DNA of 29,263 nucleotides. It comes from a virus (Duplodnaviria; Caudoviricetes). Position 1 is the stretch's first letter, and each line of letters begins with the position of its first letter. Under the pieces are notes generated by a model. It saw only the letters and a list, made by a program, of their open reading frames with translations. It did not search any database and was not told where the DNA came from. Location: the IMG/VR virus record IMGVR_UViG_3300027804_000173, positions 1 through 29,263 of that record; one strand, given 5' to 3'. A program made the translations under genes and the position numbers. This document shows, piece after piece, positions 1-7,432 of the stretch.

Positions 1-126
1 CTTCATTACATCCCCACAGGCCGGAGCTCCTACCATCCCAGTTCCTACATTCTTTTCGTCTTTATTAAGACTACCTACATTTCTAGGATTATCATAATGA
101 TCGAGGACTTGTTCAGAATAAGCCAT
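1..126 (-). CDS. iscU: IscU/NifU-like Fe-S cluster scaffold protein (5' part only; runs off the left edge)
   Basis: Not in the ORF track. Manual translation from ATG at 126 gives MAYSEQVLDHYDNPRNVGSLNKDEKNVGTGMVGAPACGDVMK, matching the IscU N-terminus (Y-S-x-x-V-x-D-H-Y-x-N-P-R-N-V-G ... G-x-V-G-A-P-A-C-G-D-V-M). Confidence 0.93.
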   Translation of the reverse strand, partial: MAYSEQVLDHYDNPRNVGSLNKDEKNVGTGMVGAPACGDVMK

Positions 127-131
127 TTTTT

Positions 132-275
132 TTATATTCGTGTGTAACTTAAAACATTTCCAACACCGAATTGTGACTCACCCAAAAGCTTTGCATGGTA
201 ATCATCATTAGCAAACACTAAGGTTTCTGTTGTCTGAAAATCATTGATTCTTACCCAAAGTTTATACGTATACAT
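132..275 (-). CDS. small hypothetical protein (47 aa)
   Basis: Manual translation MYTYKLWVRINDFQTTETLVFANDDYHAKLLGESQFGVGNVLSYTRI*. It fills the gap between neighbours with 2- and 5-nt spacers. Confidence 0.7.
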   Translation of the reverse strand: MYTYKLWVRINDFQTTETLVFANDDYHAKLLGESQFGVGNVLSYTRI

Positions 276-277
276 AA

Positions 278-523
278 TTATCGCCTAGATAATTTATTCG
301 ACATATTACTTCTGTAATTGCTTTGACCTATCCTTGAAAGAACTTCTCTAAAGCCATCATCTACCTGTCTAACTCCTAAACGAACAGGATCCCCTAAAGC
401 GGTTGTACCTAGGACCTGTTCGTAAAAAGGATGTTGTTCTAAGAACTCATTTCTTGACGTCCAGTTCATTAAACGATCAAACGTCTCACCTGTTTCTTTA
501 TTTCTAAAAGTGTATAAGGGCAT
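278..523 (-). CDS. FmdB-like small protein of T4-like phages
   Basis: Start taken at MPLYTFRNKETGETF (TAATG overlap with the upstream stop). Resembles the FmdB-type MPxYxF/Y N-terminus but lacks the Cys ligands. Confidence 0.6.
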   Translation of the reverse strand: MPLYTFRNKETGETFDRLMNWTSRNEFLEQHPFYEQVLGTTALGDPVRLGVRQVDDGFREVLSRIGQSNYRSNMSNKLSRR

Positions 524-1053
524 TAGTACCAATCCGGTTTTTGTCTATGTTTCCAGGAAGCTAAATCAATTTTACCCTGACGATAATAATTTTTATAGCT
601 AGTAATAGAATTTACATCTTTATATTTATCTGGCATAGCAGGCGGTGGGTCTGATAGCCAACCAGTTTTAGGTATGTTATTGGGTAACCTAGAAAACCAA
701 TCTATCATTTCCACTGCCTTATGTATTTTACCATAACGAAAAGAATATTCTTTTAACATCTCTAACCATAATGTAAATAACCATTGATAGTGGGCGCTTG
801 ACGAGCGAACCCATAACCCGGAAGGATGTTTAAAATGTGACGCTTTCCAGATATGTTGCTCTCGCTCATCTGGAAGCAACCAACGTTGTATATTTCGGTT
901 ATTAATCGTTTTACCGTAATATGGTAACCCGTCTAATACTCGATGGGCAGTAGACATTAATTGACCGTATTCTAAAGTCATTTTAACAACGTGCTTGTCT
1001 ACATGTTGTTGTGCGCAAATAGAAGGGTCGATGTTAAGAAAAAATATGTTCAC
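523..1053 (-). CDS. pyrimidine-dimer DNA glycosylase / endonuclease V-like protein
   Basis: NIFFLNIDPSICAQQHVDKHVVKMTLEYGQLMSTAH, HxxHP...W and the C-terminal YKNYY..GK...W motifs. GTG start at 1053 preferred over the track start at 1068. Confidence 0.75.
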   Translation of the reverse strand: MNIFFLNIDPSICAQQHVDKHVVKMTLEYGQLMSTAHRVLDGLPYYGKTINNRNIQRWLLPDEREQHIWKASHFKHPSGLWVRSSSAHYQWLFTLWLEMLKEYSFRYGKIHKAVEMIDWFSRLPNNIPKTGWLSDPPPAMPDKYKDVNSITSYKNYYRQGKIDLASWKHRQKPDWY

Positions 1054-1213
1054 AGGTATAGATTTCAAAAATTACATTAGGTTGTTCCAGAATAATAGCT
1101 TGTTGGGCTTGAGATACATCTTCTAAAGTAGCAAATACACCTACATGGTGGGTGCTTTTTTGACGACCTAATTTATCTACTACTTTATATTCTAAATTAT
1201 ATACAGTTCTCAT
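1034..1213 (-). CDS. small hypothetical protein (59 aa)
   Basis: Manual translation MRTVYNLEYKVVDKLGRQKSTHHVGVFATLEDVSQAQQAIILEQPNVIFEIYTCEHIFS*. It fills an otherwise empty gap. Confidence 0.65.
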   Translation of the reverse strand: MRTVYNLEYKVVDKLGRQKSTHHVGVFATLEDVSQAQQAIILEQPNVIFEIYTCEHIFS

Positions 1214-1224
1214 AAAAAAGCCAC

Positions 1225-1500
1225 TTACGCAGACATAGGTAATACAGTTTCTTGAGTAAGCTCTTCATACATAGTTTCAAACTCTTGATGTTCGGCAACC
1301 TCAATTGAAAAGTTACGCTTATGAAAAGTCTTGGCCAGTTTACGGAATGTCTTTTTACTTAGAGTATGTTCTTCACAGATATCGTTAATAGCATTTTTAA
1401 TATAGTCACGTTCATCCTCAATACGCGACATAGCTTGAGAAATTTGTTCTAGACAATCTTTAATAGACTTACGTGCTTTAGGGTCGTTAGGTAAACTCAT
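1225..1500 (-). CDS. dsbA: T4 DsbA-like double-stranded DNA-binding protein
   Basis: 91 aa helical protein with the pattern I..I..ERDYIK.....I.....LSKKTFRKLAKTFHK.NF..EV.E..EFE.MYE. GGAG SD. Lies near rnh as in T4. The symbol refers to the phage gene, not the bacterial oxidoreductase. Confidence 0.7.
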   Translation of the reverse strand: MSLPNDPKARKSIKDCLEQISQAMSRIEDERDYIKNAINDICEEHTLSKKTFRKLAKTFHKRNFSIEVAEHQEFETMYEELTQETVLPMSA

Positions 1501-1517
1501 ACTTTCTCCATAATAAA

Positions 1518-1877
1518 TTAACGTCTCATTGCAGAGACTTCTTTTGCTGCTGACTCTTGAAAAATAGGGACTAAATTAGACTTATGCATCGTAGCAATAC
1601 CAATCATTTGATCTCCTGTATAGACTTTAGGTCCTTTAGCCCAGGTAACAGCACCACGAGAACCAGAGTCATGACTAGGTATGACAGGAGTATCGCGACG
1701 AAATGCACTAGTAACTACTACGGGATTCTTACCACGAACAGTTGCAGGTTTCACTTTAGTTTTTCCATAAGGGTTTATTCCATGCTTAGCACACCAAGCT
1801 TCATACTCCATACGCTCGGTTTTACTACGCTGCTTAGGTTTAACTTGAGACTTAGTACTCGTATAAATTAATGTCAT
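1518..1877 (-). CDS. conserved hypothetical phage protein (basic)
   Basis: GGAGG SD precedes ATG at 1877. C-terminal KVYTG..MIGIATMHKSNLVPIF motif recalled from T4-like phage hypotheticals. Confidence 0.75.
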   Translation of the reverse strand: MTLIYTSTKSQVKPKQRSKTERMEYEAWCAKHGINPYGKTKVKPATVRGKNPVVVTSAFRRDTPVIPSHDSGSRGAVTWAKGPKVYTGDQMIGIATMHKSNLVPIFQESAAKEVSAMRR

Positions 1878-1894
1878 AATATCCTCCAACCTCT

Positions 1895-1929
1895 ATTATA
1901 CAGGCATTAGGATTATTTTCTACGGTTAC
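1895..1929 (-). promoter_or_regulatory. sigma70-like promoter with GTAACCGT-N9-TCCTAA motif
   Basis: Minus strand reads GTAACCGTAGAAAATAATCCTAATGCCTG-TATAAT, 17 nt upstream of the 1877 start. The upstream motif is shared with 24484-24519. Confidence 0.6.
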
Positions 1930-1984
1930 GTCTAGGGGATGCCAGCTTAACATTAAACCATCTCTCTGGTGCTGGTAATGAGGA

Positions 1985-2009
1985 AAAACCTACCCAGGGG
2001 GTAGGTTTT
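1985..2009 (-). terminator. Rho-independent terminator-like hairpin
   Basis: Perfect inverted repeat AAAACCTACCC-3 nt-GGGTAGGTTTT with T runs, in the intergenic gap downstream of ORF 2041..2511. Confidence 0.65.
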
Positions 2010-2040
2010 GGTTTGTTGAACATACGGTTCCAAAGAGATT

Positions 2041-2511
2041 TTAAACTAAAGGGGCTTTTTCTTCCTTTTTTACTTGGGTTACTTTAGGTGAGAAGGAATT
2101 AGGAAAGGCTTCGCGAACTAAATCATCAGTAATAGTTTTATACTTAGTTTTAAGCTTTCTTTCCTTACATAATAAAATAACCTCAGCTTCTGTTACATGA
2201 ACGGATTCTAGCATTTCAATAAACAACGATTCCCGTTTTGCTTTACTTAGGTTAGGTTGAGGTGTGAGCCAGATATAGAATCGCTTAAACTCGTTATAGA
2301 TGTTAGAAGGAGAATGACCTACCGGTACATCTAATTCCTTTTTATACGGCGGTTCTCCTTCTGGTAAATCAAACCATAGCATAGGATCAAAATTAATACG
2401 CATTAAGACTATTAACGGATCGCTACGATGTTTATTAAACAACTCTAGTTTTTCTTTTTTTGTTTTTGCTTGATTAATTAAATCAAGTATTTCTGGGATT
2501 GTTAAGGTCAT
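2041..2511 (-). CDS. conserved hypothetical protein of T4-like phages (rnh-downstream gene)
   Basis: 156 aa with LPEGEPPYK and KRESLFIEMLES.H..EAE motifs. Translationally coupled to rnh. Confidence 0.8.
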   Translation of the reverse strand: MTLTIPEILDLINQAKTKKEKLELFNKHRSDPLIVLMRINFDPMLWFDLPEGEPPYKKELDVPVGHSPSNIYNEFKRFYIWLTPQPNLSKAKRESLFIEMLESVHVTEAEVILLCKERKLKTKYKTITDDLVREAFPNSFSPKVTQVKKEEKAPLV

Positions 2512-3392
2512 TATAGTTCCTCAATATGTTCGATCATTTGTTTCATTCTATGTTGAATCAAATAATTTAAAATCTGACTTTTATCTTTTATAGGGTATTC
2601 TACAAAGCTATTTATAATAGACTGATTTATATGATCTGGTATAAATTCAAAATCCACTAACGTCTGATTACGTTGATAGTTACGCTTAAAATTATCATCC
2701 TGGGGCATAGATGTTGGGTCGCTCGTCCATTCTTCTAATTTTTTCGACGAAACCGGGCGCTGCCTTTCTCCTTGGACGATGGCGTCGTCAGAAGTAAGTA
2801 CGTTTGGTATTCCGTCTCCCTTATCTCCTTTGATAATATGTTCCAGTATAATTCTCTGCGGCGTTGAGTCTGGCTTAATAAATTTTTTTTGAACCGGAGA
2901 GAATTGTTTGACATGTTTATATTTCTGTAACTGGTTAAAGTCGTGATCCCCGGAGATAATCAGTAAAGGTTTGGGTTCAGGAAATAATGCATCAGTAAGA
3001 TCATGTTCAGCTGACCATTTAACTAAACAAGCAATAACGTCGTCAGCCTCGGCACCTTCAATTTCAATAACTTTGTAGGGAAAGAATGTTCTCAATTCTT
3101 CTTTCAGAGTATTAATAGCATCGAAAATTGCCGCCCAATTAAACCCAGAATCTTCACGAGCTTTTTTTCTGTTGGCTTTATAGTATGGAAAGTACTGCTT
3201 ACGCCAATACTTTTTACTATCACAAGCAATTACAACATCACCGTACTCCCGTTGAAACTTTACCTTATGACTTCTAATAGTATTAATAATCATATGGCGT
3301 AGTAACTCTATCTGAATCTCTACATCTGAGCGACTTCCAACTTCAGACATGAGAGTAGATATTACTACTTGACTATAATCAATGATAATCAT
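2511..3392 (-). CDS. rnh: RNase H / 5'-3' exonuclease (T4 Rnh, FEN family)
   Basis: IIIDYSQ, YWRK..FPYYKANRK, EADDVIA, SGDHDFNQL and IIKGDKGDGIPN motifs. ATGA overlap gives a start at 3392. Confidence 0.93.
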   Translation of the reverse strand: MIIIDYSQVVISTLMSEVGSRSDVEIQIELLRHMIINTIRSHKVKFQREYGDVVIACDSKKYWRKQYFPYYKANRKKAREDSGFNWAAIFDAINTLKEELRTFFPYKVIEIEGAEADDVIACLVKWSAEHDLTDALFPEPKPLLIISGDHDFNQLQKYKHVKQFSPVQKKFIKPDSTPQRIILEHIIKGDKGDGIPNVLTSDDAIVQGERQRPVSSKKLEEWTSDPTSMPQDDNFKRNYQRNQTLVDFEFIPDHINQSIINSFVEYPIKDKSQILNYLIQHRMKQMIEHIEEL

Positions 3393-4450
3393 TTTACTGC
3401 TCTTATAAGCAAACACTCCTCGTTGATTCTTCCATTAACAGGAAGGTCTTTAGTGTTAAGTTCTGATAGTATTTTTCGCAACTGAACTTTACCGGAGTCT
3501 AATACTTTCTTGAGCACCTCCTTAGGTTTACGTAATGCTTTCTGCTCACAAATTTCTGGGTCGTAATTTTGTAATGTAGTACCTTTAACTTGCATACCTT
3601 GTGAAGACTCAGAGCGATAAACAGATAAACGTTTATATTTGGTATTGTATATCCAGATCTGAGAAGCTCCTACTAGTTCGGTAGGATGGATTGATTTAAT
3701 TTCAAGCTCTGGAGATTCTTTTAGAAACTTTAACTTAGAAACTTGCTCAACCGGAGACTTGGTCTTTCTAGCCTTGGGTTTGCGATTAGCTTTTTTAAAT
3801 TGCTCATACTTAGCAATATCTTCTTTCCATTGTGCAAGCAATTTTAACGTACTTGTTAATCGACGTTTATTAAAGTTACTATACCCTTCTTTAATATCTG
3901 GACTGTCACTTTCATATACATCAATAAACTCGCTTGCTTTTCGAGCAATAAATTGTGCTAGGTAAGGAAGATAGGGTGCGGGAATATTCTTAAGCTGTAA
4001 ATCTTGAAATAAATTTAAATCATTAGGTGCGTCTAGTTCACCTTCGAGGTTACCTAGGTATTCTTTAACCTTCTCTTCCATATTTTCACGTACGTGAGGG
4101 CGTTTAACAGTTTCCAGAGATACCGTAGCTTTTTTAGGCTTATAGTTTAAAAGCGTAACTGTATACTGATCCAAACGTTGCTGATGTTCGGGGGAGAGTA
4201 CTGAACCAGTCATAACTAGGCGGGATAACCACCCAAACGTGTTATCTATTTTTTGGTCCGGTACCTGATCGAATAGTTTTACTGCAGTTTTATTTTTTGA
4301 TTGAATATAGTAACGCAAAAAGTTTCTTGCGTCTTTCTTATCTTTTTCCTGATTATACCAATTGAAGGCAACAGCCAGTTTAGTGTTATAACGATCACCA
4401 GGTGTAATACCTTTAGGTTCGTCACCGTATGGGGAAGTAACTTTACTCAT
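3389..4450 (-). CDS. conserved hypothetical protein (353 aa, basic C-terminal domain)
   Basis: Long ORF coupled to rnh. AFNWYN, W.YNTKYKRL..Y, KGTTLQ and NGRINE motifs recalled from T4-like phages. Function unknown. Confidence 0.8.
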   Translation of the reverse strand: MSKVTSPYGDEPKGITPGDRYNTKLAVAFNWYNQEKDKKDARNFLRYYIQSKNKTAVKLFDQVPDQKIDNTFGWLSRLVMTGSVLSPEHQQRLDQYTVTLLNYKPKKATVSLETVKRPHVRENMEEKVKEYLGNLEGELDAPNDLNLFQDLQLKNIPAPYLPYLAQFIARKASEFIDVYESDSPDIKEGYSNFNKRRLTSTLKLLAQWKEDIAKYEQFKKANRKPKARKTKSPVEQVSKLKFLKESPELEIKSIHPTELVGASQIWIYNTKYKRLSVYRSESSQGMQVKGTTLQNYDPEICEQKALRKPKEVLKKVLDSGKVQLRKILSELNTKDLPVNGRINEECLLIRAVK

Positions 4451-4731
4451 ACTATAAACGTCACATTAGTAATAGAGTCATATCTAAATGATCTCCAAGC
4501 TTGTTTATCTAAATCATAAACAAAACATGTTTCTTCGTTAGGGGGTTTGTCTGTCTTTTTTTCGTAAGCTTCTACTAATTCAGACTTAGTAGTACAGTTC
4601 ATGGTGCGAACAGTACCGTCTTTCTTTGTAAATGTTACTTTTGTAGGTCCATAAGAAAGATGACTACGTAACCATTCTCTGAATAGTTTGCGATCTTCTT
4701 CGGTAAATGAGGTGGTGTATTGTGTATTCAT
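4447..4731 (-). CDS. SH3/WYL_2-like beta-barrel protein
   Basis: VTFTKKDGTVRTMNCT and VYDLDKQAWRSFRYD signatures. Confidence 0.75.
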   Translation of the reverse strand: MNTQYTTSFTEEDRKLFREWLRSHLSYGPTKVTFTKKDGTVRTMNCTTKSELVEAYEKKTDKPPNEETCFVYDLDKQAWRSFRYDSITNVTFIV

Positions 4732-4737
4732 AATTAC

Positions 4738-4766
4738 ATTATAGCCCCAAATTTAAAAAAAGTCAA
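4738..4766 (-). promoter_or_regulatory. near-consensus sigma70 promoter
   Basis: TTGACT-17 nt-TATAAT. The -10 box ends 6 nt before the ATG at 4731. Confidence 0.75.
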
Positions 4767-5164
4767 GGCTTGTAGTGACTACGATGCACCTTGACTTGTA
4801 TCCAACTATTGTACCAATCCTTAGATTCTAGTACTTCACGTACAAACTGCTCTTTAGCTTCTAGGTAGTTTGTTGTACCTTTGTTTTTACATAGGTGAAG
4901 GATTTCCCGTTTAAAATGTTCGGGTCCAATAGTGCGCACGTCTTCCTTGAGGTCTTCGGAAGATGACCAGTATTCCTTCCAGTCTGATTCAACCTTGTAA
5001 CGTTTTCTAACTCTATTAACTTGTTTTCTTTTAACAGACCAGAAAAATTTTTTACCGATGTACCGCTTACCAGATAGCAAATTTGTGATGCAATAAACGA
5101 ATCCATAATATTCTCCAGGTTCAACAAATGGTTCACCATGATATGTCCAATTATTCGTAATCAT
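4763..5164 (-). CDS. GIY-YIG endonuclease (single domain, EndoII/Seg-like)
   Basis: GFVYCITNLLSGKRYIGKK, F.REIL, E..EQF and WYN motifs. Confidence 0.8.
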   Translation of the reverse strand: MITNNWTYHGEPFVEPGEYYGFVYCITNLLSGKRYIGKKFFWSVKRKQVNRVRKRYKVESDWKEYWSSSEDLKEDVRTIGPEHFKREILHLCKNKGTTNYLEAKEQFVREVLESKDWYNSWIQVKVHRSHYKP

Positions 5165-5300
5165 CTACCTCATCTTCTTCCTCTTCTTCAATATCTGAAC
5201 CACAAAAAGGACAGAACATTACCTCATAGTAATGGTCATCCAATGTATGTTTGATCTTGAATTCTGCATCACAACTATCGCATGTGTAGTGTTTATTCAA
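5151..5300 (-). CDS. small zinc-ribbon/rubredoxin-like protein with acidic tail (49 aa)
   Basis: Not in the track. TTG start gives MNKHYTCDSCDAEFKIKHTLDDHYYEVMFCPFCGSDIEEEEEDEVDDYE*, with two CxxC pairs. Confidence 0.7.
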   Translation of the reverse strand: MNKHYTCDSCDAEFKIKHTLDDHYYEVMFCPFCGSDIEEEEEDEVDDYE

Positions 5301-5727
5301 CCTGTTCTACTCCGATATTGCATTTATTAAGAAAATGTATACCTGAATAATCACGGTAGGGCTGCTTAAAATAGACTTGCTTAATACCTGCTCCATAAAT
5401 TAATTTGGCACACTCCATACATGGTGCATGAGTAATAAACATATCCGCATTTAACCCGGACTCATGATTTCTAGCAAGCTTGGCAATAGCATTAGCTTCA
5501 GCATGAATAACTTCCGGTTTAGTTTTTATATTAATGTTAAATCCATCTGGTTCATAGACATGGTCTTCACATATATTACCCCATCCTGCTGGAGTACCAT
5601 TATAACCAATACTAATAACGCGATTGTCTTTTACAACAATCGCGCCTACCTTCAACCTTTTTGCATGTGAGAGTTCAGCATAGATATGGGCTACTCTCAT
5701 ATGCGCTTTCACAAATTTTTCTTTCAC
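5293..5727 (-). CDS. cd: dCMP deaminase
   Basis: KVGAIVV, ISIGYNG, HAEANAI and PCMECAK zinc-deaminase motifs. GTGA overlap with the nrdB stop suggests a start at 5727. Confidence 0.92.
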   Translation of the reverse strand: MKEKFVKAHMRVAHIYAELSHAKRLKVGAIVVKDNRVISIGYNGTPAGWGNICEDHVYEPDGFNINIKTKPEVIHAEANAIAKLARNHESGLNADMFITHAPCMECAKLIYGAGIKQVYFKQPYRDYSGIHFLNKCNIGVEQVE

Positions 5728-6716
5728 GCAGCTTTTCCCCATACATCAGACCAGTCACCCGATAACGCACCTTTAGCATAATCGGTAGCTCGATTTTCAA
5801 AAAAGTTAGTATGCGTAGGTGCATTAATCATTTCTTCGACCCAGGGTAATGGATTCTTTTTTACCTTCATGATTCCTTTAAGACCCAAGCTAATAAGGCG
5901 ACGGTCAGTAATATAGCGGATGTACTGTTTAACGTCAGCAGCGTCCAGATCAGCCACCCGTACCATGCCAAATGCCAAGTCAATAAACTTATCTTCCAAA
6001 TCAACCATCTTAGTCGCAATGGTATAAATTCTAGATTTAAGATCGTCATTCCATATCTCTCTGTTTTCTTCTATATATGTACGGAATAACTTAATCATTG
6101 CTTCAGCATGCATAGTCTCATCAACAATAGACCAGGTTACTATCTGACCCATACCTTTCATCTTACCATGTCTAGGAAAATTTAATAACATAATGAAGGA
6201 ACTAAACAATTGCATACCTTCGGTGAACGCTGAAAAAGCTGCGATATGTTCTGCAGTCGACTCTTTCGTTGTATTTTGTGTACTTAAATTTAACAAATAG
6301 TCATGCTTTTCACGCATTTCAGCGTACTCGTTAAACTCCGAATATGTAGTCTCTGGCATTCCTAGAGATTCTATTAGATGAGAGTACGCAGCTATGTGTA
6401 ATGCTTCACGCCCGGCAAATCCTGCCAACATCATTCTTATCTCTGGTTGTGGAAAGTATGGTAAGTAATTTTTTACATAACCTCCTGCCACATCAATATC
6501 ACCCTGGGTGAAAAAACGGAATATGTGTGTTAAGAATTTCTTTTCATCTTCACTGAGCTTATTCTTCCAGTCTTTTACATCTTCAATCATAGGAACTTCT
6601 GTATGAAGCCAATGGGCTTGTTCATGCTTTAACCAGTATTCGTATGCCCAGGGGTAGTTGAACGGTTTAAAATAACTTCGTTCATCAGCAAGATTATGTT
6701 TTGTTTTTTTGATCAT
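5724..6716 (-). CDS. nrdB: class Ia ribonucleotide reductase beta subunit
   Basis: FFTQGD, REALHIAAY (radical Tyr), EGMQLFSSF, DETMH and NFFENRATDY motifs. Confidence 0.95.
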   Translation of the reverse strand: MIKKTKHNLADERSYFKPFNYPWAYEYWLKHEQAHWLHTEVPMIEDVKDWKNKLSEDEKKFLTHIFRFFTQGDIDVAGGYVKNYLPYFPQPEIRMMLAGFAGREALHIAAYSHLIESLGMPETTYSEFNEYAEMREKHDYLLNLSTQNTTKESTAEHIAAFSAFTEGMQLFSSFIMLLNFPRHGKMKGMGQIVTWSIVDETMHAEAMIKLFRTYIEENREIWNDDLKSRIYTIATKMVDLEDKFIDLAFGMVRVADLDAADVKQYIRYITDRRLISLGLKGIMKVKKNPLPWVEEMINAPTHTNFFENRATDYAKGALSGDWSDVWGKAA

Positions 6717-6906
6717 GAGTAGTCTCTATGTTAGTTATCTTTTCTTCTTCTATTAACTTTATGATATCTTTAGTAAGCTTAAGTTCTTTCTCTACCCAAA
6801 CCATTTTCTCCTGTAACTCTAATAGTTTTTCTTTGTAAAATTTTAATTCTTTTTCCTTTTGTTCTTTTAACTCATAGACATCTTTAAGTAGAACTATTTT
6901 ACTCAT
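6694..6906 (-). CDS. small coiled-coil hypothetical protein
   Basis: 70 aa, K/E/L heptad-rich. Fills the gap within the operon. Confidence 0.7.
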   Translation of the reverse strand: MSKIVLLKDVYELKEQKEKELKFYKEKLLELQEKMVWVEKELKLTKDIIKLIEEEKITNIETTHDQKNKT

Positions 6907-6908
6907 AT

Positions 6909-7427
6909 CTAATTCGTAGGCCAGTGTTTATTATATTTTTCATAATAAAAGGTTAGATCTTGTTTTTCATCGTCGTAATATTCACCTACATAATCCGATT
7001 TGACTTGTGAGTGAATGTTTTCGTACATAGTGACCAATGTAACTTTATCTCGATGAAATCCCATCTTACCAAATTCTTCTAAGATCCACATCCAGTTTCC
7101 CCCTCTAATAATACCAGCTTCAACTACTACAAAACGTTGATAGTTAACATGTTTAAGATGCCATTCCATATCGTATATAAATTTTCTCCTCACATACGTA
7201 TATGTCTCATCAGGATAAGTAACCTCTATAGGAATAATAGGTATAATTTCACCTTTTACAGACCAAGCATGTGATAGATGCATAGCTACAGTACCTGCAT
7301 AGTCAACACTTGCCTGGATTAAAGCTGTATTACTAGGGTGAAATTTTCTTGTATCTACTAAGCTTTCTAAACGTTGAATAATTTCAAGTTCTTTTTCTCT
7401 AGTAACAAAAAGGAGCGGTCTTCTCAT
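6909..7427 (-). CDS. type I phosphoribosyltransferase-like protein with degenerate PRPP loop
   Basis: RFVVVEAGIIRGG aligns by eye with the hhhhDDhhxxGxT motif. C-terminal VTLVTMY....S.VKSDYVGEY....LTFYYE resembles purine PRTase tails (PDY...FPWE). Confidence 0.55.
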   Translation of the reverse strand: MRRPLLFVTREKELEIIQRLESLVDTRKFHPSNTALIQASVDYAGTVAMHLSHAWSVKGEIIPIIPIEVTYPDETYTYVRRKFIYDMEWHLKHVNYQRFVVVEAGIIRGGNWMWILEEFGKMGFHRDKVTLVTMYENIHSQVKSDYVGEYYDDEKQDLTFYYEKYNKHWPTN

Positions 7428-7432
7428 AAAGA

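Noticed and set aside
1913-2023. 36-aa ORF MFNKPKPTPWVGFSSLPAPERWFNVKLASPRRNRRK on the - strand
   Set aside because: No clear SD, and it overlaps both a terminator-like hairpin and a promoter motif. It cannot be excluded but is unsupported.
2609-2616. Exact TATAAATA on the - strand inside rnh (also at 11238-11245 inside primase)
   Set aside because: Intragenic AT-only 8-mers are expected by chance in such AT-rich DNA, and there is no independent support.
4763-5164. GIY-YIG gene as a mobile homing endonuclease or intron marker
   Set aside because: Only 133 aa with no C-terminal DNA-binding repeats, and neighbouring genes are uninterrupted. It fits a stand-alone EndoII-like nuclease better.
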